A stretch of DNA of 64,000 bases. Source: an uncultured Gammaproteobacteria bacterium (GTDB lineage Bacteria > Patescibacteriota > Patescibacteriia > JAHIZJ01). The notes below the pieces were generated by a model. It made no database searches, had not been told where the DNA came from, and saw nothing but the letters and a program-made list of their open reading frames with translations. Shown in pieces: positions 30,301 to 37,701 of this stretch (within the stretch, counting starts at the first letter, position 1; the number at the start of each line of letters is the position of its first letter). The translations under genes and the position numbers were made by a program. The stretch covers positions 3,819 through 67,818 of the forward strand of contig CAZQLY010000002.1 of assembly GCA_964594455.1 (NCBI GenBank). Reading direction: 5' to 3'.

Positions 30301-32815
30301 AACTACCCGAAGTTATCTCTGTTGCTTGCCCACTATCTGAATATCCGGTTACGGTCGGATTAGTTGGATTGTCACTATCGGTTGTGTAGGTAACGTCAAC
30401 ATCTTCTATGGTTGGTGTGTTAGATCCATCTGAGGCGAGGGTTATTTTTAACTGCAGATATCTTCTCTCGGGTGTGGTTATGCTGGATATATCCAAACTA
30501 TTAGTACTATCTCCAGTAGCGGCATTGACCACTGTTTCCCAAGACGACCAAGTGACCTGATCAGTGCTGGTTCTGAAAGAAATTGATATTGATGATGAGC
30601 CTGGGGTGGGGTGGTTGGCAGATAGTGTTTCCCAGGCAGAAATATAATTAAGGTCAAGAGTCTCGGATATCCAATCAGCCGAAGCAACATATTCATTGGT
30701 TGTCATATCCGCCTGGTAAACGGAGGTAGTGTTAAACCCTCTCGTAGCGTAGAGCTTATCATTTGTTTCATCATAAGCCATTGAGGCTCCATATCCGTTG
30801 GTACGTTCTGGGAAACTGATAGAACGTTCCCAAGAATCACCGGATATGTCATAACGCCAAAAACGATCTGTGTAATTTGCGGAAATGGCATAGATATAAT
30901 TTGTTCCGTCGTAAACCAAATCAGCCGAATAGTATGTGCTAGTAGGTAAGGGCGCCATGGCACTCCAGCCAACTCCTGGTTCATAGCGATGGAATTCACT
31001 TCGGTTATCTCCCATTAGTGCGTAGACATAAGTTCCATTATTGACCAGAGCAGCACCATAATAGGTAGCGTAAGGTAGGATAGTTTCTTCAGACCAAGAA
31101 CCATCATAGCTGTAAAAATGGTCACGCTGGTAACCTTTCATAGCATAAACCGTTGACCCCAGGCAAGTAATGTCAGCGCCATAGTAGGCGTTGCGAGCGC
31201 CCAAAGAACTTCCGGAATGAGTGGTCGATATTGAAGTGAGAGCACTCCAAGAATCTCCACTTATACTATAGGAATAAAAATTGACTGTATTATTTCCAGC
31301 CAAGGCATATATTGAATTGGAGCCGTCATAACACAGAGAGGCACCTTCCTGGATGGCTCCGTTTATTGTATCGAGAGTAGTCCAAGTGTGATGCTCTATA
31401 TCATATTTCCAGAAGTTGGTCGTATTTTCGCCTTGGGCAACAAACAAACATCCATCAGCAGAATCACAATTAGATAGATCACCTTTATCTTCGACAAAGA
31501 TAGTTAACCCGTTTTCACCGGCATTTCCAACGTTGTTAGGCGTAGAGATAGAATCCCAGTGATTGTTAGTGAGATCATACCTCCAGAATTCAGGATCATT
31601 GTAGCCTTTTAATGAATAGAGATAGTTACCAAATTTAATCAGCGAACCGCCGTAGTAAATGTTATCTGGAGCGTCAGGAGTATCAGTGATGTCACTGTCC
31701 CAAGTTTCAGCATCGACATCATATTTCAAAAAGTCATCGGTGTTATTGCCGCGTTGCATATAAATATAGCCACTAGTTGAATCATAAGCCATGGCTCCTC
31801 CATAATGCGGGCCGTAGCTAGATAAAATATCGGTTGCATCATACCACTGACTTTCACCTATATCGAATCTGAAGAATTGCAAATTACGATTACCGCGGGT
31901 AGCAAATATACAACCCAAGGAACAATATTCCGGGTCAGCTCCATAGGGGTCGTTCATATATACTAAAGCGTGTCCATTCGTTGTATATATTTGATAATCC
32001 GGAAGACTCGGCATTGTTTCATCCCAGGTGTCTGTATCAGTATCATATTTCCAGAAGGTTGCCGTTGAATAGCCACGGGCAGCATATAAGGTGCCACTGC
32101 CATCGGATACTATATCTGAACCCAGCGCCCAAGTGTCAGGCGCATCAGATAATTTAGACCAAGCATCACTGGCAATATCATATTTGTATAAATGCTTGGT
32201 GGCAGTACCATTCTCGTTTTGCAGGCCTCCGTTTGTGGCATATAAAGCGCCATCATAATATTCAATTGCCCCACCGTAGTAAAATGAAGTCGGAGCATTA
32301 GCTAACTGCTTAAAAGTATTAAGCTCCGGATTATAACGTATGAGAGTAGGAGTATAATTGCCTTGGATTAAATATATATATGTGCCGTCACTGGCCATGT
32401 CTGCACCGTAGGAATTGCCTCGGTAGGTATGTAGCCCGTAACCATAAGTGTCAGTTAAGAATCCAGGCGTATCCGTGCTCCACTGTCCACCAGCCCCACT
32501 GGAAATGCTCATGTCGCCTGCGGTAGAAGTTGTATCAAGAGTTCCAAAGTAATAATCGCCTGATTCCCAATCTGACTGACTGGTTAAAGAGATGGTGCCG
32601 CTGACAGCGTGGGTAAAGAATATTCTCCAAGTCATTAAAGCGGTACCGCCTAGCACAACTAGGATAACAATAGCGATAATGGTGGAAGAGTTTCTTATCT
32701 TTCTTTTTGATCTTTTAGTAATTTTTTTGCTATTTAAAATACTCTGCCGTTTAATTGTTTTTTTGGCAGTTTTTCGCTGTTTTTGAGCTGTTTTCTTCAG
32801 TTTTCTTTTTGGCAT
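24359..32815 (-). CDS. giant surface protein (2835-aa ORF): basic N-terminus, TM anchor, about 40 Kelch-like beta-propeller blades, FN3-like repeats
   Basis: K/R-rich N-terminus then TM (IIAIVILVVLGGTALMTW); repeated roughly 50-aa unit Y-x-G-[AS]...G-x-Y...F-x-[KR]-Y-[DN]...W recurring dozens of times; five C-terminal FN3/PAP-N-like modules (e.g. VTEHSILLFGLEDDTTYLTKV) related to those of the 1132-aa protein; start may be the internal ATG at 32815. Confidence 0.8.
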   Translation of the reverse strand: MPKRKLKKTAQKQRKTAKKTIKRQSILNSKKITKRSKRKIRNSSTIIAIVILVVLGGTALMTWRIFFTHAVSGTISLTSQSDWESGDYYFGTLDTTSTAGDMSISSGAGGQWSTDTPGFLTDTYGYGLHTYRGNSYGADMASDGTYIYLIQGNYTPTLIRYNPELNTFKQLANAPTSFYYGGAIEYYDGALYATNGGLQNENGTATKHLYKYDIASDAWSKLSDAPDTWALGSDIVSDGSGTLYAARGYSTATFWKYDTDTDTWDETMPSLPDYQIYTTNGHALVYMNDPYGADPEYCSLGCIFATRGNRNLQFFRFDIGESQWYDATDILSSYGPHYGGAMAYDSTSGYIYMQRGNNTDDFLKYDVDAETWDSDITDTPDAPDNIYYGGSLIKFGNYLYSLKGYNDPEFWRYDLTNNHWDSISTPNNVGNAGENGLTIFVEDKGDLSNCDSADGCLFVAQGENTTNFWKYDIEHHTWTTLDTINGAIQEGASLCYDGSNSIYALAGNNTVNFYSYSISGDSWSALTSISTTHSGSSLGARNAYYGADITCLGSTVYAMKGYQRDHFYSYDGSWSEETILPYATYYGAALVNNGTYVYALMGDNRSEFHRYEPGVGWSAMAPLPTSTYYSADLVYDGTNYIYAISANYTDRFWRYDISGDSWERSISFPERTNGYGASMAYDETNDKLYATRGFNTTSVYQADMTTNEYVASADWISETLDLNYISAWETLSANHPTPGSSSISISFRTSTDQVTWSSWETVVNAATGDSTNSLDISSITTPERRYLQLKITLASDGSNTPTIEDVDVTYTTDSDNPTNPTVTGYSDSGQATEITSGSSYYHTNPYFILSGASDASSGIAGYYVLWTTDSGANPASSEDYYQTTTTYEVNQELVGSTTYYLRIKTKDQAENVSDATTAFTYIYNGVTPAATQVWTAQADFEATGTSSSNVNTGADTGTSMKLSSISGGLWMDLPSTFGTAQLEETYYGTAMVFDNDDTIYVLRADDSKEFYKYSIANKSWAQLADIDSTANAHRGAALTYIPNGDYCSDSTGCIYAFVGNNTAEFLRYDINANSWTALSDYSGSGNVYYGGSLSWTGGDYIYGYRGYNSDDFYRYSISGDSWTPRSSPDQPFYYGSAMVQVDNGDYCSDNSGCLYAIRGSNTNQFVRYDISSNNWTNLTPTPFFIGYGASLTYNDGYIYATNGQQSDQFFKYDISNDIWNYLSDLPGTKRYGSGDGMVYDSSTDIIYMLRGQNEYSFYSYDVTNDKWLNTGLPHDHSTNGFYYGGVTYDGSDTLFIVRGNNTVDFYKYTISTGEYERLMDVPIPMYISADIVYKSGKVYAAGSYTKDSESKMYVYDVATDKWSTSTNAAPNWLGYGANLVDGGDGYIYTVRGQNTTSFYRYEIATNTWDTDLDTTPAGIYQGGCSVKASTGGVDYVYTVRAQNTADIFRYNLTGPSAGNWDAIDTLTDAPGNIYQSDGCAYDGSDLIYVPAGTSSSTDFYVYSVSGDSWETGGSIRSTNDEYWYYGALETGTNGILYGFRGYNTSAMTRYVPSSASTGFQPNGTWTSQILDLGSIYDFGGLKINDSEASETSLKYETRTCSDAGCSDDGNDENWSDWDEVSNEFNYGTTDYYTVDSTPAQYFQIKVTFTSDQVYTPTVNDITLSYYSDGTAPSNPDTLTSLDEEGGDAITTGNWYNHESPYFSWTGAADNAGGIGIQGYYVYFGTTSDADPESEGTLQSAATYTASSLSTGSTYYLRIKTRDYNGNISSTSWSPFTYSFDNVAPSRPTNLASSPAVPSAANSFNFYWTAGSDSGGSPSFQHCYKRYFDESTQDADDTCISSSQTSLLDLEALAEGVNYLKIRTLDEAGNYSNGGEYESVAYRWAQTPPSLPLNVEHGAVEGDAYSHTFAWTEPTQHAFDIGSYCYQINEIPTASYCTNSTYGRWTTSVETEGRYLAAFRTPNTQPGTNTFYIVAKDEAGLVDWETEDFDCDAGIGCIEFESDTISPNAPQSFSLADASNRDSQSYRLTIGWKEPAENEGSVLYKYNIYRSTDGETYSLRESLLHVDGQSEYAYTDVSLSNTVEYYYRVSAVDLAGAESDYTTALSMVPEGKYTEPPDQVGSPSVQARIRSCLVEWLTEPSTHPASSFVQYGLTTDYGGEQGSSDLVSSHSVTMIDLEPATTYHFRLKWVDQDGNIGYSPDYTFTTNEAPSAPINLTVDPEYNTVNRFTFDWDPPTDEGVTIDGYFYSINNIPNEDNVSYVTDSSLGPVAAATQQGVNTIYIIAVDDAGNYSYSNYASTEFEVETEPPGEPQNVTIVDSSDRNAKRYNITLTWDSPTTSSDLNQEDDTLYYTIYRSEDDGDSFDFIAQITSTGYLDTGLDNSIEYYYKVVASDKAGATSDATDPVSEIPEGRYTEPPAITKDPVAAPDSYSATISWKTEREASSFVEFGLTSSLGEEQGTADQVEDHDLKITGLSPVTKYYYRIKSIDIDENAAYSEVGSFTTLEAPRVQEVSITDVRLFDAIISWKTNKETTTAIEYGTSTQYGTTYTDVGGSLTFTHTVKLEQLTDGTTYHLRMAGVDSNNNPVQSDDYSFTTLTFPRVSDVQFQNKAEGETEVTWTTNVPTTSTVEYYNADIPSKTQGNTALVTEHSILLFGLEDDTTYLTKVRGTDQFGYEAVSPELNFTTLKDTTPPIISNVQSESNTVGTGEGSKIQIIVSWQTNEATTSKVEYGEGLSESSYTGETDENAELVFDHLMVVSNLSPARTYHFRVVAADRAGNISKSGSYSILTSRTRESFLQLVIANLEDTFSWLGNITDIFQ

Positions 32816-33006
32816 TTTTTGTTTTTTGACCACTGTACAACACAAAATATCCAAAAAATACAGCAAAGCCCTTATTAATGTCTAATGTTAGCTAAAAAAG
32901 GGATATTTGCGTTCAGTTATCATCCCCTATTGTAGCAAAAAAACTGTCTTTTGTCAAAATATATTTGTGGAAAATTGTCAAGCAAAAAAGAATGTATAAT
33001 CAAACC

Positions 33007-33035
33007 TTGACAACATTTATATGTTATGCTACAAT
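33007..33035 (+). promoter_or_regulatory. sigma70-like promoter for pilT
   Basis: TTGACA (33007-33012), 17-nt spacer, TACAAT (33030-33035). Confidence 0.55.
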
Positions 33036-33139
33036 AAAAGTGTCAAAACATAAAAACCAAGACCAAAACCCAATAAAAAACCATATTATTCCACTAAAAT
33101 AAGTTGGGTTTGGTCGGCCTAACTTTTTTGTATAAACAA

Positions 33140-34225
33140 ATGACTTTAGAAAACTTACTTCAAGCAGCTGTAGACAAAACAGCATCTGACCTTCACTTAG
33201 TTGCTGGCTTACCCCCTACTTTGCGAGTAGATGGTAGTTTAGTTGAATTAGACAAGGCCAAACCGCTTACCGGGGAAGAAATAAAAGAAATGGTTTTTGC
33301 TATCCTAGATGATCGGAGAAAGAAAAAGTTTGAAGAGGAGCGTGAATTGGATCTTTCTTATGAGATAAAAGACGTTTCTCGCTTCCGTGTAAATTTGCAT
33401 TGGGAAAAAGATCAAGTTAGTGTGGCGGCTCGTGTTATTTCTAGTGCCACTCCTTCACTTGAACAATTACAAATACCCCCAGTCGTGTACGAGCTGCTTC
33501 GCTTGAAGCAGGGTTTAATATTGGTAACTGGCCCAACTGGTTGCGGTAAGTCAACAACTTTGGCCGCGATGATCGATTTGATCAACAGTGAACGGCGCTG
33601 CAACATAGTTACGTTGGAAGATCCGATTGAGTTTATTTACAAACCAAAGAAAAGCATTATCCGCCAACGCCAGTTAGGCAGCGACATGCTCTCTTTTCAA
33701 GACGCGTTGAAACACGTGGTGCGTCAGGATCCCAACGTTATTCTAGTTGGTGAGATGCGCGATCTTGATACTATAGCTACAACCATTACTTTAGCAGAGA
33801 CTGGGCATTTAGTATTAGCTACGCTACATACTTATAATGCTGCCCAAACCATAGATCGTATCATTGATGTGTTTCCACCAAATCAGCAATCTCAAATTAG
33901 GTTGCAGTTATCCCTGTTCTTAAAGGGAATTATCTCACAACAATTACTCCCTCGTATTAGAGCCAAAAAGGGCGTATTAGGATCACCCAACACAGAACCA
34001 TTGTCTTACGGACGTGTTTCGTCTCGTGAAGTTCTAATCAATACACCGGCTATTGCTAACTTGATTAGAGAAAATAAGATTCCTCAGATGCGTTCAGTTA
34101 TTCAAACTAGCGCTGATCTGGGTATGTACACCATGGATCAGAATATCAGGCGTTTATACAAAGAAGGATTCATCAGTCGAGAAACCGCCTTGACCTATAT
34201 GCAAGAACCCGATACCCTAGAATAA
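33140..34225 (+). CDS. pilT: twitching-motility ATPase PilT (type IV pilus retraction)
   Basis: Walker A GPTGCGKSTT, Walker B/Asp box, His box (ATLHT), PilT-length (about 360 aa) without the PilB N-domain; start trimmed to the ATG at 33140 (MTLENLL). Confidence 0.85.
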   Translation: MTLENLLQAAVDKTASDLHLVAGLPPTLRVDGSLVELDKAKPLTGEEIKEMVFAILDDRRKKKFEEERELDLSYEIKDVSRFRVNLHWEKDQVSVAARVISSATPSLEQLQIPPVVYELLRLKQGLILVTGPTGCGKSTTLAAMIDLINSERRCNIVTLEDPIEFIYKPKKSIIRQRQLGSDMLSFQDALKHVVRQDPNVILVGEMRDLDTIATTITLAETGHLVLATLHTYNAAQTIDRIIDVFPPNQQSQIRLQLSLFLKGIISQQLLPRIRAKKGVLGSPNTEPLSYGRVSSREVLINTPAIANLIRENKIPQMRSVIQTSADLGMYTMDQNIRRLYKEGFISRETALTYMQEPDTLE

Positions 34226-34239
34226 AATCAATACAAAAA

Positions 34240-34268
34240 CGTCCGCGATGCTTTTCCGGACGTTTTTT
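34240..34268 (+). terminator. rho-independent terminator after pilT
   Basis: cgtccg-N10-cggacg stem followed by TTTTTT. Confidence 0.65.
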
Positions 34269-34285
34269 ATTTTGTTTAATGTTTT

Positions 34286-34361
34286 TGGTGCGCCGTGAGG
34301 GATTCGAACCCCCGACCGTTGGCTTAAGAGGCCACTGCTCTACCAGCTGAGCTAACGGCGC
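34286..34361 (-). tRNA. tRNA-Lys (anticodon CTT)
   Basis: reverse strand reads GCGCCGTTAGCTCAGCTGGTAGAGCAGTGGCCTCTTAAGCCAACGGTCGGGGGTTCGAATCCCTCACGGCGCACCA; cloverleaf folds with a CTT anticodon and encoded CCA. Confidence 0.85.
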
Positions 34362-34478
34362 CCGAACTACGCTCCGATTTCATCGGAGCTTCGTTGGGCA
34401 AGAGTGGTGTTATTATTCCACAGCTTGTCCCCCGAAGCTCGAATGCAAGTGAGAGCGTAGGTGGGAATCTAACGGCGC
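34362..34478 (-). repeat. 117-nt structured GC-rich segment directly 5' of tRNA-Lys, beginning with a 10-nt direct repeat of the tRNA 5' end (GCGCCGTTAG)
   Basis: GCGCCGTTAG at 34478-34469 (- strand) is identical to tRNA-Lys nt 1-10; the 107 nt in between contains long hairpins (gctccgat-gaa-atcggagc, cgaagc/gcttcg). Confidence 0.45.
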
Positions 34479-34537
34479 ATAAATATTAGACTGTCATTAT
34501 ACTAGCAGATATTTTTATATTGTCCAGTCTGGCCAGG

Positions 34538-36005
34538 CTATTCTTTTGACCTTCCTTTTTCTGGAAATACTACGTCGCGCGACATAGTCATCATGGATTT
34601 GGGTCGGTTTTTAAAGGCGTCAGGCGATAACATATCCTCAACCAAAGTGTCTTTATCGAACGTTCCAATATGTATGCCAACGCCTTTTTCCTTGGCCCGA
34701 GCTAACATGCCCTTATCATAAGTCGCAGCCGCCACAGCCAGGGAGGAACCTTTGTGCTTTTCCAAAATATCCATAACTTTGCCTTTGGGGGGCCATTCAG
34801 TAAGGAGCTGCATTTCCTCAGCCCATTCGCTAGTTGATCTCAACTCGTCTTCTGTATAACGACTGGCTAAGCCTAGTTTTTCCAATACTTTGCCAGCATT
34901 ATTTGCGACCGGACCCATCTCCGAAAGAGGCACGGACTGAAAAGCAAATTTCTCTTTTTGTCGTTTCGGGTCCTCGGCGCTTAGCTTATCGCTTACTTCA
35001 TCTAGGGTGTATAAAGTTTCCGGACGACCGGTCATAAAGTATGTTTGCCCGGTTAGCCCCTGAGAGTCTAATGACCTCAGAATTCTTTCAGCTACCTCTG
35101 TATCACTCGATGGTGTTTTGATATGCAGAAATAGTTTTAATCCTCTCCGGGCAGCTCTGGCAGCTTTTGGATCTTGGGGCAAAACATCGCGAACCGCATC
35201 AAGTAGCTGATCTAGATGAGGGGCTTTTTTCTAAGGCGCCCATTCTATGAGCGTGAGTCACTACTGGTTCACCCTTAGCATTAACCCGGACATCAAATTC
35301 AAATCCGCCAATGCCTTGCTGAAGATTTTCTTTAATTTCCTCTATTTTATAAGTGGGATCTTTTAATATAAATTTGGCTAGTAATCCTAGCGGACCTAAC
35401 TTATCTAGTCTTCCAGCTACTTTATCAGTGGAAGCGCCAAATATTCTTTCACGCAGAGGCTTGAAACTGCCTCGATGCAATATGGCTTGTCGTCTGGGTA
35501 GATAGTCTTTTACCATCCGGCGCAGAACTGTAGCATGAGTAACCTTCACTATTCTTTCGGTAATCTCCCTCAGGTCTGAATCAACCTGATCGGGTATTTC
35601 CCCAACTTGATCAAGAAGCTGGGTTACTCGTTCGCCCATTTTTTCAAAAGAAAAATCACTGGCGACAGTTTCCCGGGCTAGTTGGGCAATCTGCCTTATT
35701 TCGTTTTCAGTTACGCCGTACTGCTCCATTAATTCGTCAAAAGACACCATGATTTCTTGGCCAGAATCATCTTGTTCACCTGATCTGAATTTCGTATCAC
35801 CAAAAAACTCTCTCGGATTAGCTGAGATACGATCTAATTCTTCATTTAAAACATCGGCGTAATTTTTTTTCTGATTATGTTTGAACCACTCTGGTAAATT
35901 TGGATTATGTTCAGTTTGTTCCGTATCATCTGTTGATTCGACTCGAGGGGTTTCTGCTTCAGTTCGTGATTCAATGTTTTTTTCAGGTGTGGAGCGTTCG
36001 AGCAT
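34538..36005 (-). pseudogene. glycerophosphodiester phosphodiesterase-family gene split by a +1 frameshift (ORFs 35199-36005 and 34538-35182)
   Basis: upstream ORF carries AILHRGS (the HRG motif) and EFDVRVNAKGEPVVTHAH; downstream ORF continues in another frame with LKLFLHIKTP (a GDPD IELK-like motif); the two join across a T6/A6 homopolymer at 35225-35230; acidic roughly 110-aa N-terminal extension. Confidence 0.55.
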
Positions 36006-36073
36006 AGATTAAATATATAAAAAATCAGTTTTAAAATTCAATTAAAGATAGCAAGATATTGTGGTTTAGTCAA

Positions 36074-36101
36074 GATAAAAAAAGAGAGTGTTGCCACTCT
36101 C
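36074..36101 (-). terminator. rho-independent terminator (- strand) after the 36107-36703 ORF
   Basis: gagagtg-ttgc-cactctc hairpin with a T7 run on the - strand. Confidence 0.6.
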
Positions 36102-36106
36102 ATTGT

Positions 36107-36703
36107 TCAAACAGCAGCTAAGTTCGGAATTACGCCGAGCCTTTCCAGCTGCTGGCTGGGCATGATACGAGAATCCCCGACTAGACCCTGTAAAGCATTG
36201 GTATCCACGTCGATGCGATACCGCCACAGCTTGTCGAGAACCTCGTTGAGACGTCTGGGATATAGAGCCAGAATTCTGCTATAGTGCTCTGCACCCAGAC
36301 AACTAACCAAGTGCGGGACATCACCTGGCGTCACGCAGCCATTTTGACCTTTAGCCGCGAACCAAGCGCTGCAAAGGGAGTTAGACCTCAGTTCTCTCAG
36401 TGCCCCGAGAATCATCACTGCCCGGAAAAGCGCAACAGGATCAACCAATCCTTCAGCACCCCAGAATTGGGTATCAACGGTTTCATAATTCTCAGGGTCA
36501 AACAGTTCGATGGCCAGTCCGACGAGCCGGAACCTCCCGTTTCTATAGATAATGCAGTATGGCTGAACCAACCGAGAACAATGAACATCACTTTCGCACC
36601 AAACCTCCTTCTGATTTGCCTGACATGTGAACAGGATGGGATATCCATTTCTTCGAAAGCACATGGTTCCCCTCCTTGGTTGTGGAACGATTGTGTCACC
36701 CAA
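36107..36703 (-). CDS. hypothetical Cys-rich protein in GC-rich segment
   Basis: 198-aa ORF with 11 Cys; about 55% GC; overlapped by alternative-frame ORFs as expected at high GC; no known domain. Confidence 0.35.
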   Translation of the reverse strand: MGDTIVPQPRRGTMCFRRNGYPILFTCQANQKEVWCESDVHCSRLVQPYCIIYRNGRFRLVGLAIELFDPENYETVDTQFWGAEGLVDPVALFRAVMILGALRELRSNSLCSAWFAAKGQNGCVTPGDVPHLVSCLGAEHYSRILALYPRRLNEVLDKLWRYRIDVDTNALQGLVGDSRIMPSQQLERLGVIPNLAAV

Positions 36704-36777
36704 GGGTAACCTAAAAAGAGCTTATTATCTTAGCAAAATAAATATAAAAAAACAAACTATAGCTAGTTTGTTGCAAC

Positions 36778-36854
36778 TGGTGCGCCCGGCAGGACTTGAA
36801 CCTACAACCTACGGTTCCGAAGACCGTCGCTCTATCCAGTTGAGCTACGGGCGC
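36778..36854 (-). tRNA. tRNA-Arg (anticodon TCG)
   Basis: reverse strand reads GCGCCCGTAGCTCAACTGGATAGAGCGACGGTCTTCGGAACCGTAGGTTGTAGGTTCAAGTCCTGCCGGGCGCACCA; anticodon loop cTTCGga. Confidence 0.85.
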
Positions 36855-37116
36855 ATGAATTATTGTAGTTTTTAATTAACTCTTTCTTTTTCTTCCCGGC
36901 ACCTGGAGAATTTTTTAACAACCATTCTCGTTTTGCAGCACTTTTTCTTGATTCGTGTCTTTCTGAGTATACTATATTGAAAGGTCTTCTGTTTTTTGTT
37001 GATTTTACCCTACCTTTATTATGTTGGCTAAGCCTGTTATTTAGATCATTAGTAATACCAATATATAAATTCCCGTCTTTTTTACTCTTAAGAATATATA
37101 AGTAATGCGTTTCCAT
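36832..37116 (-). CDS. GIY-YIG nuclease-family protein (YhbQ/UPF0213-like)
   Basis: YLYILKSKKDGNLYIGITNDLNNRLSQHN plus R-x-P-F-x-I-V-Y-x-E motifs typical of small GIY-YIG proteins; the 3' end of the ORF overlaps the first 23 nt of tRNA-Arg on the same strand. Confidence 0.7.
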   Translation of the reverse strand: METHYLYILKSKKDGNLYIGITNDLNNRLSQHNKGRVKSTKNRRPFNIVYSERHESRKSAAKREWLLKNSPGAGKKKKELIKNYNNSCARSSTG

Positions 37117-37205
37117 AAAGGGAAATCAGTTGAGCTATCCCTGGCCCTTTGGGCCGGGATCCCGGTCGAGCTTTGCTCGACGAGGGACGGGCCCGCATGG
37201 ATTAT
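37117..37205 (-). repeat. GC-rich multi-hairpin element ending in a partial copy of the tRNA-Arg D arm
   Basis: reverse strand reads ...GGCCCAAAGGGCC.AGGGATAGCTCAACTGAT, in which TAGCTCAACTG-AT matches the tRNA-Arg D arm TAGCTCAACTGGAT; preceded by hairpins ggccc-ttt-gggcc, ccggga/tcccgg and tcgagc-ttt-gctcga. Confidence 0.4.
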
Positions 37206-37309
37206 ATTTAAACAATCTATTTTGACTGATTTAGCCATAGCGAGAAACAGCAGCTGAACAACATGTCAAAACTGTATATACTATTACAGAAATAGTATGT
37301 TAGTCAACA

Positions 37310-37690
37310 CTATTCAACTGCTGGTTCCTCGTTGGTTGGTTTGGTCGGTTCTGATGGGGTAGTTGTCTCGGGCTCAGGCTCTTGAGGAGCACTGGTCTTG
37401 AGAGTGTCTTTTAACGCTTTGCCAGCCTTGAATTTCGGTACGGTCACGGATGGGATCTTTATCCGTTCGCTGGGATTTTGCGGATTAACACCCATGCGGG
37501 CATGTCTCTCTTTCGCAATAAAGGTTCCGAATCCGGTTAAGGTTACTTCGTTGCCAGAACGCAAAGACTCGTAGACGATATTTTCAAAAGCATCCATGAC
37601 GTCTTCAGCTTGTTTCTTGGAAACATGAGCGCGCTCTGATATTTTATCCATCAGATCTGATTTGCTCATTGATTTGCTCATTTTTTTCAC
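37310..37690 (-). CDS. hup: DNA-binding protein HU with a C-terminal P/E/T-rich tail
   Basis: HU/IHF fold signature ...GFGTF...R.ARMGVNPQ...I.IP...VPKFKAGKALK; about 35 extra C-terminal residues. Confidence 0.8.
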   Translation of the reverse strand: MKKMSKSMSKSDLMDKISERAHVSKKQAEDVMDAFENIVYESLRSGNEVTLTGFGTFIAKERHARMGVNPQNPSERIKIPSVTVPKFKAGKALKDTLKTSAPQEPEPETTTPSEPTKPTNEEPAVE

Positions 37691-37701
37691 CTCCTTTCGA
37701 T

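Noticed and set aside
24544-32786. Many 60-100-codon ORFs on both strands inside the 2835-aa gene (e.g. 25100-25321 +, 26407-26661 -, 30703-30999 -)
   Set aside because: All are embedded in or antisense to a continuous 8.5-kb reading frame with consistent repeat structure. They are the usual shadow ORFs of a long gene and show no ribosome-binding site or distinct composition.
36284-36709. Alternative-frame ORFs (141 aa +, 94 aa -) overlapping the Cys-rich 198-aa ORF
   Set aside because: The GC-rich sequence yields open frames in several phases. The longest (- strand, 198 aa) with the downstream terminator is the most plausible, but which frame is real cannot be settled from sequence alone.
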